Shown: positions 37,272 to 51,473 of the stretch, piece after piece
Layout: each line of letters begins with the position of its first letter
How positions within the stretch are numbered: position 1 is the stretch's first letter
DNA from: Neocallimastix sp. 'constans'
Taxonomy: Eukaryota
Direction: 5' to 3'
NCBI GenBank assembly: GCA_050613775.1
Contig: JBODTK010000146.1
Location: 1 to 64,000 of the forward strand
Length of the DNA: 64,000 nt
Notes under the pieces: generated by a model
What the model saw: only the letters and a program-made list of their open reading frames with translations
Databases searched by the model: none
Told to the model about the DNA's origin: nothing
Position numbers and translations under genes: made by a program

Positions 37272-39671
37272 TTACGTACTGATAGTTTTGTTGATTAATC
37301 TTAAATCATTATCTGCTTTACGTTTTCCCAAGATAGAATTTGGATCATTTGGTATAAATGTTGATTGATTTTGATTTGAAGGTAATACTATATTATTAGT
37401 TGTTAATAGTATTGGATTTTGCATAAGAGTTGGATCAGCTGTACTTGTTGGGATAATTTGAGGGGTTGTTGTTTGTAATTGATTAGGAGGGGATTGAATA
37501 TGTGACGTTATTATGGTTGGATTTGGAATTGAAGAATAATATTGAACATTTACATTTTGGGTATCTTGTATAGCAATTTGAGGTTGTAATGTAACATTAT
37601 TATAATTTGGCATTGTCATTGTATCCAAATTTGAAGTGGTTCCCTTTTCATTATACATAGATAAAAGGACTTGATCAGTATTAGGAACTTGAGTAGTAAC
37701 ATTTACTGGATTAACATTAGATATTACAGGTCCTACATTAATACTACTAGTGGTAGACACATTGGCATTATTATTTGTTATTGTATTTGAATTTGAACTG
37801 CTTGAGCTATTATTTGCAGTAGCATTACTAATATCATCATCATGCAATTCCGTAATTCTTCCTTGTGACGTTTCTACATTATTATTCCAATTAAAACCGA
37901 TTATTGAATTATTTACATTATTATCATTACTACCTATCATCATAATTGTTTTAGAGAATCCTGGATCTATTGAAGTTTCATTCATATGTCTTAAATGAGA
38001 ACAGTATCTTTCAAGAACAGTTAATAAACCATTCTTATTAAATGGTTTTGGCAATACATCATTCATACCATTACTTAAATAAGTAATACAATCATTTTCA
38101 GTAGTATTACTAGTCATACTAATAATAGGTGTAAGTTGATCAAATTGTCTAATACTTTTTGTAGCAGTAACACCATCAACTCTTGGCATCATAATATCCA
38201 TTAATACTATATCATATTTTTTATTACCCATGCGTTCAATAGCATATTGACCATCAACTGCTACATCAAATTTACAACCAAAGATTTGTAATAATTTCGA
38301 AGAAACTGAACGACAAATAGCATCATCTTCAACCAATAATACTCTTGGAGGTTGAGACCTAAAAAAAAAAAAAATTTAATATTTATAATATAAAAAAAAA
38401 AATTTTTTTTATTAATTATATTATTATTTTTTTTTTTTTTTTAATTATACTAATCTATATTCTTATATTTCTATTTGTTTATAGATCTATATAGTTATTT
38501 TTTTTTATTTATTTTATATCTTTTTAACTTGCTTTTATATATATATATATATATTTTTTTTATTATTTTTATTATTATTTTATTTAATACTATTTATTAT
38601 TTTCCTATTTTATTTTATTTATTTTTTTTTCTTTTTTTTTTACCATTTTGGTTTTTTAACACTTTTCACGAGACTAGTGGTGGCCCTTAAGTCACTATTT
38701 TGTAATGGTAATGACACCGTACGAGTAGGTGGTGATGTTTTAATTTCAATTGGTGGAGTAGAAGAAGATGAAACATTTAAATTCATAGTAGCCTTTGGGT
38801 CGAAAGTTGTAGCCAGTGGGTTTGTATTTGAATTTATTAATATTGTATTAGTATTCATTGGAATATAATTATTATCGGATGGGAGAAGTGCAACATTATT
38901 TTGAGTAGTTACACCATTATTTAATAATTCATTCGTTGTTGCTACTGTTGCAGCAGCCGTTGTTGCAGTAGTAACAATATTAAGATTAGTTATATTATTA
39001 ACATTATCAACAATATTTTCTGTATTTTGATTTTTATCTTTATTACTTTTCAAAATATTTTCAATTGTTGAAGTATCATCAACATTCATAGAATATTTAG
39101 AGTCCATATATTTTACAGAGGAAATTGATTTCTTTAATGAATCATTAAGAGTTCTAATTTTTTCACGTGTGTTTTTCATTTTTTCAATATTTTCATTAAT
39201 ATTAGTTTGGAACTTATTGAAACTATCTTGTGCTACTTGTATGTTTAAATTCCAAAATTTATAATTATTTACTAATGTCTTAAAACTATTATTATTTTTT
39301 GATGTACTTTTTTTTTTTGCTTCTTTATCAATAACAAAATCAACTAAACTTTTTAAAGTCTTCGATTGTAATTCCATAAATTTTCCAAAATTAATATAGT
39401 TTTCTGAAAAATCACTATATGATGATGTCAACTGATCAAGATTTGTTGCAATTTCTGATCCAACTTCTATTAAACTATTAACCTGTTGTTGAATATCATT
39501 ACTTGAGCTTTGTTGTTTTAGTTCTTGTACCTTTGGATTCTTATTAGAAACTTTTCTTTTGATTAATTCTAATTGATCTTTTTTATTTAATTGGAAATTA
39601 GGATGCTTAAATTCCCATATCTTAGTATGATATTAATAAATTATATAATTAAAATTAAATATTAAATTTGA

Positions 39672-39704
<33 letters not shown>

Positions 39705-40819
39705 CATTTTCATTAGTTATATAAATATATATTATATTTTATTTAATATTTATATATATAATTATTACTTACATTTTCACCATAAGAATTAATTTTATCA
39801 ACTTTAACTTTATGAAAATCATATTTATTTAATTGTCTAACAAAACTAGCAAAGTTATTATGTTTAAAATGTTTTGGAAGGACATTTCTTGAAAATTCTG
39901 TTGCATCTTTCACTACAAAACTATCACCTTTATCACCCCAAGAAATAATAGATTTATAACTTTGATCTTCTAATAATCTATTTTAAATTTTCATAATAAT
40001 AAAATATATATTTCATTTATTAATAATTATTTTTCAAATATTTCGCTTTTACTTTTTATATATAATATATTTAATATTATATAATTTTTTATTTACTTAT
40101 TTATATAATTTTATTTTATATAATTAATTTTCTTAAAAATATTAATAATTTTATTTAATGTTCAACTTTAATACTAATATATATAAAATTTACCTATATA
40201 ACTTTTTTATAAATTCAGGAACACCAGAATTTCTTTCTAAATCCAATAGATCATCTGGATATGCTGTTGATAATGATTTTTTATTTTCTTCAGTCGACTT
40301 CTTTTTGTCATTACTTTTTGAACTTTTTGTTTTTGATTTTGCTTCTTTTTTAGATGATTTTGTTACTTTTTGTTTTGGTAATTTTGGATTCACTTGCTTA
40401 TTCGGCATTATATCTTGTTCATCTTTTTCATCTTTAGTATTAGTTTTATCTTTTGATTAAGTAAAACAATATAAATACAAAAATATAAGATTAAAATCAA
40501 ATTTTAATAAAAAATATAATAATACTAAAACTAAATACAATTTTAAATATTTTAAGATTATATATATAATATTATTTTATTTACTTGTTGTAAGATTGTT
40601 TTGATTTTGATTAACAATAATTTGGCTCATTTGTTGTTGATAAGGATTCATCTGCATCATTACTGCATCTTGTTGAGGTGGAATTGAATATTGGAATGGT
40701 GCCGCTGCCGAAAAAGCCTGTTGTTGGGTATAAGCGACATCTTGATTTGGACTTTGATTATAGATTTGTGACTGCGTTGTTGATTGAAATGTATTATAGG
40801 CATATTGCGACTGCGACAT
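37272..40819 (-). CDS. SKN7: SKN7/Prr1-like transcription factor: HSF-type DNA-binding domain, coiled coil and response-regulator receiver; 5 exons, ~919 aa
   Basis: Exons 40819-40585, 40449-40194, 39977-39773, 39620-38644 and 38358-37272 (GT..AG, phases compatible, 2760 nt). HSF domain PEFIKKLYRLLED...ISWG...FSRNVLPKHFKHNNFASFVRQLNKYDFHK...WEFKHPNF. Receiver VLLVEDDAICR...DIVLMDIMMP...SMTSN...PKPF with the phospho-acceptor Asp intact. Confidence 0.93.
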
Positions 40820-42865
40820 TTCTATTTATATAATATATTTATTTTTAAATTACTATCAATTACACTTTTTAATTTTGTATTTTTTTTTTTTACTGCTCTT
40901 AATATTGAGATAATTTGTTTTATTGTTTTTAAATATTTCTTTAAATTAAATTTAAATTATTAGACCATTCTATATTTAAACATATATATCTTGTTTAATA
41001 AAACTATTTTTATATAACACTTATAAAATTTAAAATATATATAATAAATTTAATTATTAATATTAGTTTATATTAGTTAATATTTGTTATATGAAAATAA
41101 TAAATAAATAAATAATTATATTTAACATTTTTATGAAAACATTAATATAGATATTTTTTTTGCAATGATTAAATAAAATAATTATTAGTAATAGTATTAT
41201 TTTTATTTCCTCAAGATTATTTATATATTATTTATTTTTATATCACTTTTAATCTTTTATTGTTTTTATTGATTAAAGATATTTATATTTTACTATTTGA
41301 CCTTTAAAAATTTAAAAGTCAAATAAAAGAATAAAATAATTTTTCAAATAATTTTATTGTATATGTATAAATTATTTTTATACTAATCTAAAATTTGTTA
41401 TTATATCTATTATCTATATTAAAAAATTAATAATATTTTACCTATAAAAAGTTTATATTTCCCTTTAAATATCAAAAAAAAAATAAAAATAAATTCTTAT
41501 CTTGATGAATTTCTACTTTAAATTAATGAATTAGTATATATATTATAATTTAAGTGTTTTTATTTATACATAAATATTTATTATTATTCAAATTTTAAAT
41601 CTTTCTTCAAATATCATAAATGTAAAAATTATACTTTTTATATTATTTTTTTTTTCAAAAAGATATATATGTTTAATATATAAAAGAAAAATCAAAAATT
41701 ATTTATAATTAAGATAAATAATTAAATATGTAAAAAAAATAAGAAAAAATAAAAATAAATTTAAAAAAAGAAAATATAAATAAAATAAAATAAAAAAATT
41801 TTCATTTCTAGTTTTAACAAATTTAATATAATAATATATTAAATAATATATTTAACTAGTATTCAATTAAAATGAAAATTTATTTAAATTTAAAATTATT
41901 TAATTTAATAAAATAAAAATTTTTAATAATACATTAAATAAATTAATATATATATATATTATATTTATTTTATATAAATACTATTGATAATATATATTAA
42001 CATTCATTTAATAAAAGTGAAATTTAAAAAAAAAGATATACATATTAAGAGTATTAGTATTAATATATTAATAAATAGTGTATTGTATTTCAATATATAT
42101 AATTAATATATTTGATAATATATAATAAATTATTATATATTATATTATATTATATTGAAGTATATTAGTATAATTTTATATATATGAAAATAATTTATAT
42201 GTTAATAATAATAATTTTTATTTTTTTGTGTTTTTTATATATATAAAATTTAATAAATATCATATATTATTAATAATTAATTAATATAAAAAAGAAGTTG
42301 ATAGTCAAATTTTAATTATTAATAATTTCAAAAGGAAAAAAATTTTTTTTTATAATTTTTATTTAGAATTAAAGTTTTTTTTAAATATTTTATTTATTAT
42401 ATATATTCATATATTATATGTTTTATATAGCTATATATATTTATTTATTTATATATTAATATTTATTTTTATATTAATATTTATATATATTATTATTTAT
42501 TTATGTATTTATGTTTTTATATTATTATTTTTTATATTTAATGTTTTATAAATACCAATAATAAAGAATTTAATTAATAAACTATATAATTCAATATATA
42601 TTTTATATTTTATTTATATTATATTAATAAAATATATATATATTTTTGAATTAACCCTTAATATTCCAATATAAAGGTTTTATAAATTAATAATATATAT
42701 TAAAAAAAAAAAAGGTTCTGTCATGTTATTAATTGATTTCATGTTATTTATTGAAAATATTAGTAGAGAAAACGGTTATTGTTCAGTTTTTTAGTACTAA
42801 TATAAAAGTAATGTTTTATTAATTTTTTAGTATATGAATTAATTAATTAATAGTTATTAGTAATA

Positions 42866-43185
42866 GATTTAAAAATTTTGTATAATAGATTTAAGAATTT
42901 TGTATAATTATTATAAAGTAATTCATATATACTAAAAAATTTTGTATAGATTTAAGAATTTTGTATAATTATTATAAAGTAATTCATATATACTAAAAAA
43001 TTTTGTATAGATTTAAGAATTTTGTATAATTATTATAAAGTAATTCATATATACTAAAAAATTTTGTATAGATTTAAGAATTTTGTATAATTATTATAAA
43101 GTAATTCATATATACTAAAAAATTTTGTATAGATTTAAGAATTTTGTATAATTATTATAAAGTAATTCATATATACTAAAAATTA
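42866..43185. repeat. Minisatellite, 61-bp unit, ~5 copies
   Basis: agatttaagaattttgtataattattataaagtaattcatatatactaaaaaattttgtat recurs at ~42887, 42948, 43009, 43070 and 43131. Confidence 0.95.
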
Positions 43186-43283
43186 TAACTATCCATTAAA
43201 TGCAATATTGTAATGCTTTTTTTTTTTAAAAAAAATAATGAAAATAATTGTTACAATTCAGAGTAGATAGAAATAGAATAAAA

Positions 43284-43573
43284 TAATAATATTATATTAA
43301 TTACAAAGTTTAATTATCTATTATATTTTATATACAATCTTTTTTTATTCTAGATTGTAAAAAAAATACTATAATTTTATTTTATTCTGGATTGCATATT
43401 TTATATTTATTATTTTTCTATTTTAATCTGATATTTTTAAATAAAATAAAATATAAATTTTGCAATCCAGAATAAAATAAAATTATAGTATTTTTTTTAC
43501 AATCTAGAATAAAAAAAGATTGTATATAAAATATAATAGATAATTAAACTTTGTAATTAATATAATATTATTA
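43284..43573. repeat. Long inverted repeat: 113-bp arms, 64-bp spacer
   Basis: 43284-43396 reads as the exact reverse complement of 43461-43573, and imperfect pairing continues into the spacer. Confidence 0.92.
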
Positions 43574-44797
43574 AGTTTAATCATCTATTATATTTTATAA
43601 TTACAATATTTAATTAAAATGATGAATTTATATTTGAAGATTTTAACAATATAATAATTATTAAATAATAAAGAATCTTTAAAAAAAAAAAAAAAAAAAG
43701 TTTGAAATTAATTTTATAAAATTTAAATATAAAGTCAATTATTAATAATTTCAGACTTTATATTTAAATTTTATTAATGTTCGAGCTAAAAAAAGAAAAA
43801 AAGAGGAATAATTATCTACAAATTATATATACCAAAATAATTTATATTATTTATTATTTGGTATATTCATTAGTATTTTTAATATATTTTAAAGTTTCTT
43901 TCTTAAATTAGGGAAATAATTAACTTTAATAACTAAATTATATATTGTTTGGTTTTTTTTTTTTTTTGTAAATAATAAGATATGTATCCATTGATTCTCA
44001 TTGGTGAAAAATGTAGTACAAATGTTGGTTACTGGTTTCGTATTGGCTAAAAGCAAATAAGATAATTAATTTAATTATTCCCATTTATATTATATTAAAT
44101 AAAATATAAAAAAAAACGAGAATCTATTTATATAAACAATGAATACGTACTATCCATAGATATTATGAATTTTATTTATATAATCATTAATTATAATTTA
44201 CTATAGTATTTAATACATGAAAAGAAAAAATATTTAAATAATTTATCGCTTTTCGTTAATATTTATATAAGTAATGTTCATCTTTTTGTTAATAATAATA
44301 TAAGCAATATTCATATTATTCAGAAGGGTTTTTTTTTTTTGTTTTGTTATTTTTTAAATAGAAACTATTAATAATATAAATATAAATAGTATAAATAAAT
44401 ATTTAATATTCTGTTTATTATGCATTTTAATAAATATCAAAAATTTATAAAAAAAAATTTTTTTAAAACGTATAGTTAAAATATTTCCTTTTATGGAAAG
44501 AGTTATAAATTATGAAATACAATATAATAATTAAAAGAAATAAACATATATATAAATATAATTAAATATAAAAGAATAGTATTAAATTAATACAAAATAA
44601 TAAAAGTTAAAATAGTTTATTTTGAAATTTACAATTGTGCATAAAAATAATTAATTTTTAATTATTAATATGATTATAGTAGTTAATAAACTTTAGTTAT
44701 TTATTATTTAATATTAATTATTTATTATTATTTATTATTGAATAGTTTTTATCATTTTTGGATTTTTGGATTTATGTTAATAAGAATAAATAAATAA

Positions 44798-44833
<36 letters not shown>

Positions 44834-45619
44834 AAATAATAATAAATAATAAATAATAAATAATTTATATTTTACATTAAATGATAAAAAATAAAATTAC
44901 TTTTATTAAAGATAATAAATAATTAATAACATTAATTAATTACTTTTTATTAAAGATAATAAAACAATTATTAAATAAATAATAACATTAATTAATTACC
45001 TTTTATTAAAGATAATAAAATAACTATGATTAAGAAATAAATAAAATTTACTATGTATTAACTATGTTATTTAATAAATAAATAGACAGAAATACAAATA
45101 ACAATAAATTATTTAATATTATTTAGCATTTCTTATTTTAGTGTGAAAAATTCAATAACTGAAGAGATTATATATTTTTAATCCTCTTTTTGAATAATAA
45201 ATATTTATCTTGTAATTTTCTTCTATTAAACTATAACTAATATTTCAATTTTTTTTAAACTATAGTACAAAGAAGTACATCAGTAAATTAATTTATTATT
45301 ATCACTTTTGGAATTACCTGTGTAGGAAGATGCTATTTAATCCCATTTTGAAATATTCTCTTAATGTGATTTTGGATTGATTAAATATCATAATTGATAT
45401 GTAATATGAATTATCTGCTAAAGGTTTTTTTCATTGATATGTTATTAGGTGTAGTTTTTATTTAATAATTAGTTTTTTTTTTATTTTATTTTATTTTATT
45501 TTATTTTTATTGAAATAATATTTTGAATATTTTCTATTAATTTTTTCAGATTTTAAAAAAATAGGTTTTACTAGTAATTTTGTTATTATAAAATATTTAA
45601 TATTTAATATTTATTATTT

Positions 45620-46146
45620 TAATTATTTATTATTTATTATTTATTATTTATTATTTATTATTTATTATTTATTATTTATTATTTATTATTTATTATTTAT
45701 TATTTATTATTTATTATTTATTATTTATTATTTATTATTTATTATTTATTATTTAATATTTATTATTTATTATTTATTATTTAATATTTATTATTTATTA
45801 TTTATTATTTAATATTTATTATTTATTATTTATTATTTATTATTTATTATTTATTATTTAATATTTATTATTTATTATTTATTATTTATTATTTATTATT
45901 TTATTATTTATTATTTATTATTTATTATTTATTATTTATTATTTATTATTTATTATTTATTATTTATTATTTTATTATTTATTATTTATTATTTATTATT
46001 TATTATTTATTATTTATTATTTATTATTTATTATTTATTATTTATTATTTATTATTTATTATTTATTATTTATTATTTATTATTTATTATTTATTATTTA
46101 TTATTTATTATTTATTATTTATTATTTATTATTTATTATTTATTAT
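45620..46146. repeat. (ATTATTT)n heptamer array, ~520 bp
   Basis: 7-bp periodicity with occasional variants; reverse complement of the AAATAAT arrays. Confidence 0.95.
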
Positions 46147-46970
46147 TAATAGTACAATTGATGGTTTGTAATACAATCAGAATTGATAAAATTATTGTTC
46201 CTCATTCTATTATTTTTCCATAGGACTATATATAATTTTTTATCTTGTACATTATTTTCCATTAAAGTGTTTTAAAAGTTTTGACGCCATTTTTCAATTG
46301 TTAATACAGATTTATAATATTTTTCTATAAAAGGAAAATATTCAGATTTAATTTGTAAAATTTAATTTTTGAAAATTTAATTTTTTTTTTTTTTCCTTTC
46401 TTTCTCTCCAGGGACAATAAATAAAATTTTAATCTTTTATAAATATAATTATAAATATAGTATATTAAATATATTTTATTATAAAAAGAAATATAAATAT
46501 ATATATGTATAAAGAAATAAAAATATATTATTATAATAAAAATTATAATAAATATGTTAGTATAACATTAAATAATATTTAATTAATAAATGTAATACAA
46601 AGTTTAATATAATAATATATAATGGAATAGTAAGAGCCAAAATTCTCCAATTTATAACAATATAATACAATTACATTAAACACTATGGCATATACATAGA
46701 TTATAATTAAAAAGGTATCTTTTAAATTAAATATTTAATAATATAATTAAACAAGGATTTTTTTTTAAAAAAAAAAAAAAATAATTGAAATTTATCAATT
46801 TCCTTTACTATTAAAAGAAGAAAAAGAGTCTTTATTGAATTCTTATATCATAAGAAAAAGAAAATCAATAGATACTTTGATAATTTAAAATCTTTTAAAA
46901 ATTAATATCTACTACTACTATTGTAAAATATATTTAATGATAAAATTCATTTTTATTACAAAGAATTAAA

Positions 46971-47010
<40 letters not shown>

Positions 47011-47028
47011 TATCTTTTAGATAATAAC

Positions 47029-47088
47029 GAATATGTTTAATTTATTTATTTTTTCTTTTAGAAAAAAATAAATAAATTAAACATATTC
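47029..47088. repeat. Short hairpin, ~27-bp arms
   Basis: gaatatgtttaatttatttattttttc-tttta-gaaaaaaataaataaattaaacatattc; the arms differ by one A. Confidence 0.85.
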
Positions 47089-47159
47089 AATAATACAGAT
47101 GGAATTTTAAAAAAATATAAACAAATAAATAAAATGAACAGATTTAATAATACGAATTC

Positions 47160-47190
<31 letters not shown>

Positions 47191-47612
47191 TTATAAATTA
47201 TTATCAGTTGAAGAAAATTTGAAAAAATTATTTAAAACTCTAATTATACAATATATAAATTTTTTTAAAATTTTGTATTATACCGTATTATATTGTATTA
47301 ACTTAAAAAATAAACTTAAAATTTTTTGAATCTACTATTTAAAAGTCTATAATTGTTTAAACAAACTAAATAATGATAACTCTAATTTTTTACTCTTTGA
47401 TCACTTAAATGTTAATAATATCAAAGGTGAATTAATTAATATTAGTTTTCTGAAAAATGTAAAATTTAATCATTTTCAAAAATTAAAAAATAAAAAAAAA
47501 AAAAAAAAAAAAAGAAAGGTTTATTTTTTTTTTCTCATACCATCAGACATTGAGATATTTTAATGTCATTACACATAAAGATGATATATAGTATTGGTAC
47601 CTCTATCTACCG

Positions 47613-47645
<33 letters not shown>

Positions 47646-47707
47646 TGATTTTTTTTTTTTTGATTTTTTGTTGATTACTTAAGATATGGATGTGATTTTT
47701 TTTTTAT

Positions 47708-47750
<43 letters not shown>

Positions 47751-48255
47751 AATATTTCGTACCTTTGTTAAATAATGTATATGAATTTAAATATTCATAC
47801 AGATATATAAATAATATATTAAAAGAGAATAATGATACTGGTATTATATATTCAAGTATAATTCATAGAAAAATGGAAAGATTGAAATGTTTATTAAAAA
47901 ACTTTAGTCTTTTCTACATGTATTATATTACAAGATTTAAAGCTTTATTCATTTTTTTTTTTTTTAAAAACGGAAATTCATTCTAATCTTGGTATTTTTT
48001 TTAACAGACATACTAGAATTTAAATAATTTATATTTCTAATAATAAAAGAATGTAATATTATTTAAATTTAAATACAATTTAAATCAAGGCTACATTAAT
48101 ATTTAAAATAACACCAATAATAATAAAAAACTTTTATGGAATGTTAGTTGACTTAAGAATAATTTTTATTAAAGATACAAGAATCCATATAAAAATTATT
48201 AATTAATTTTTCCTATAAATTAATATTTTAATCGTTATAGCTAATACATAATACA

Positions 48256-48683
48256 TAATAAATAATAAATAATAAATAATAAATAATAAATAATAAATAA
48301 TAAATAATAAATAATAAATAATAAATAATAAATAATAAATAATAAATAATAAATAATAAATAATAAATAATAAATAATAAATAATAAATAATATAAATAA
48401 TAAATAATAAATAATAAATAATAAATAATAAATAATAAATAATAAATAATAAATAATAAATAATAAATAATAAATAATAAATAATAAATAATAAATAATA
48501 AATAATAAATAATAAATAATAAATAATAAATAATAAATAATAAATAATAAATAATAAATAATAAATAATAAATAATAAATAATAAATAATAAATAATAAA
48601 TAATAAATAATAAATAATAAATAATAAATAATAAATAATAAATAATAAATAATAAATAATAAATAATAAATAATAAATAATAA
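48256..48683. repeat. (AAATAAT)n heptamer array, ~430 bp
   Basis: Read directly; one interruption near 48390. Confidence 0.97.
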
Positions 48684-49335
48684 AAATAATATTTAATTAA
48701 AAAAAACAAAGTGAGAGAGAAGTTAAGTAATAATATTTTTAATTAAAAAATTTTTAAATAACAAAAATTTATTTATAAAAATTTTCTATTTTATAATAAA
48801 TTTTTTCCATTTATATTAAAGTATTCATTTAAAATAATGTGACTTATTTATTGGCTAAATTTTTTTTTAAAGGAAATTTCTAAATACTAAAATGTTTTCC
48901 AAAAATTTTCTTTATTGGTAATATACAACAATAAATAATTCTTTATTGTAATAAAATTAAAATAAATCTTTAATTTATAAAATATATATATATATTAATC
49001 TATATATCTAACTTTACAATAATTGATTATTTGATTTAATATTTATTCAACGTAAGTAAATTATAATATAATTCTTACAATAATAAATTTGGTTGATAAA
49101 AATTAAATAAATTATTAATTATTTTTTACTGTATAAATTATATTATTATTAAAATATATATTTTTATAAAATTTGTTTTTGATATCAAATCTCTACTTTA
49201 AAAAAAAAACAAAATAAAGTTAACAAAATAAAGATTATATAATATACTTAATTTGTTGAAATTATATAATATAACATAATATAATATCATATAATATAAT
49301 ATAATAAATTAAAATATAAAATAATATATATAAAA

Positions 49336-49857
49336 ATGGAACATTCAGTATATTCACATAAATGCTCAATAATAAAAGATAAAAAGGTACCGATAAATCT
49401 AATTATTTTAGATTGTCCCTCAGATGATCATATTGACGAATATATAAATATATTAAAAGATAATAATGTACATACCGTTGTAAGAATTTGTGAAACACGA
49501 TTTTATAATGCAGCATCTTTTGAAAAAGAAGGAATTAAAGTCATAGATGACATAAAATTTGAAGATGGTACAACACCAGATAAAAAGCAAGTTAAATTAT
49601 GGCGTGAACTTGTAGATAAAATAATAAAAGAAACCCCATCTGGTCAAACACCTGCCATTGCAGTACATTGTGTTTCAGGAATTGGGAGAGCCCCAGTCAT
49701 GGTGGCTATTACACTAATTGATTATGGATTTGACTCTTTAGATGCAGTTGAATTTATAAGAAAGAATAGAAGAGGAGCTATAAATAAAAAACAATTAGCC
49801 TGGTTATCAGATACTTTGAAAAAGAAAAAGAAGTCTATTTTTAGAAAATTATTTTAA
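49336..49857 (+). CDS. PRL/PTP4A-like small protein tyrosine phosphatase
   Basis: 173 aa, with VVRICE, FEDGTTP, the P-loop AVHCVSGIGRAP, DAVEFIRKNRRGAINKKQL and a polybasic C-terminus. Confidence 0.9.
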   Translation: MEHSVYSHKCSIIKDKKVPINLIILDCPSDDHIDEYINILKDNNVHTVVRICETRFYNAASFEKEGIKVIDDIKFEDGTTPDKKQVKLWRELVDKIIKETPSGQTPAIAVHCVSGIGRAPVMVAITLIDYGFDSLDAVEFIRKNRRGAINKKQLAWLSDTLKKKKKSIFRKLF

Positions 49858-50197
49858 ATAGTAAAGATAATAATAATAAAATTATAATACTAATTTATTC
49901 ATATTTCTTATATAAGAATTTTCAAAATAAGAATTATTTAATAAATAAATAATCAAAAAAAAAAAAAAAAAAAAAAAAAATAGGGATTTTGAATAGTTAA
50001 TAATAAAAAAAGAAAAAAAATAAATAAATAATATTGATATTGTTAACTAACAAAGTAAATATTTATTTTTATTTAACCTAATTGATTAGTTTAAATTAAA
50101 ATAAAATTTAATTTTTTATTATATTTTTTATTTTTTTAAAAAAGAAAATAATAATAATAATAATAATAATTAAAATAAATAAACTATCTTTTATAAC

Positions 50198-50228
<31 letters not shown>

Positions 50229-50301
50229 TGTATATATAATTGTTCTGTTTGCTTTAAATTTTAATTTTATTTTATTTCTATTTTTATTTTTATTAATAAT
50301 T

Positions 50302-50335
<34 letters not shown>

Positions 50336-50871
50336 TTATTTATTTTTTGTGTAGTTGGAGATAAAGGATATCAAAATTAAGTTTATCGTCACTCTATTAT
50401 TATTATTGGTATATTCTTATTAATGGTTAATGATTATAATTATAAATGATAAAAATATTTATTTATTATTTATATATCATTTCTGAAGTAATAATAATAT
50501 CTTAAATATGTATTATTATTATTATTCTAAATCTCCAAAGTAATATAGAAAAGATACTGTCCTAACTGTAGGCCTGAGAGAGTTGCACAAGTACTGTCAT
50601 ATAATATATTTACAAAGGAATTACTAGTATTTGGGTACACTATCAATGTGTCCATATAGATAATATATTCTATTAAAAAAGCAATCTTTTCTGACTAATA
50701 AGCAATTGCCAAGAAGAGAGCTAGGGAATGTGTGTTACCTTTATAACGTGGCTTTATATGAAATGTATCGTCCTCAAATAAGCCCCTTATATTAATTGTG
50801 GCTTGTTAAAATAATAAGAAAATAATATTAATATTTAATTTTAAAAGATATATTTTATTTATTTATTTATT

Positions 50872-50904
<33 letters not shown>

Positions 50905-51377
50905 TTTTTTTTTTTTTTGCTAAAGTAATATTATAATAATATTTAATATTTAATAATATTTTAAAATATTTTAATATTTATTTACAATTACTTTAATATT
51001 TAAAATTTTTAATAATATTTAATTTTTAAAAGATATATTTTAATATTTTTTTTTTTTTTTTGGTAAAATAGTGATAAAATAATTTTTAGTAACATATAAT
51101 TTTTAAAGATATTAATTATATTAATGTTTTTTTTTTTTATTAATAATATATATATATTTTTTTTCCTCTATTTGTTTTTCTTTTTTTTCAATTTTCTAAT
51201 ACGTTTTTTTTTTTTTTTTCATTTTTTAATGGTTAAAAAATAAAATATATTTTAATTTTTATGTAATTTATTATTTATTGTTTATTTATTTAGTTCATCT
51301 TTTTTTTTTTTTTTTTTTTATTATTATTAATAATATTTTTTTTCTATATGTTAACAATTATAAATATAGTGCTTATG

Positions 51378-51423
<46 letters not shown>

Positions 51424-51473
51424 CATCCATATTTATTTATTTATTTACAATAATTTAAAAAAAAAAAAAATTA

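Noticed and set aside
42866..43185. Regular repeat resembling a CRISPR array
   Set aside because: Units are contiguous with no unique spacers, there are no cas genes, and the context is eukaryotic.
43985..44050. Clustered ATTGG (CCAAT) boxes, also at ~48850 and ~48915
   Set aside because: Five-base motifs are too weak to call a promoter without transcription-start data.
48203..48709. 168-aa YYLLFII-repeat ORF resembling a membrane protein
   Set aside because: It is the heptamer satellite read on a stop-free strand.
50555..50740. Patch encoding RYCPNCR, and a similar coding-like patch at ~61850-62030
   Set aside because: Short, interrupted by stops and not assignable.
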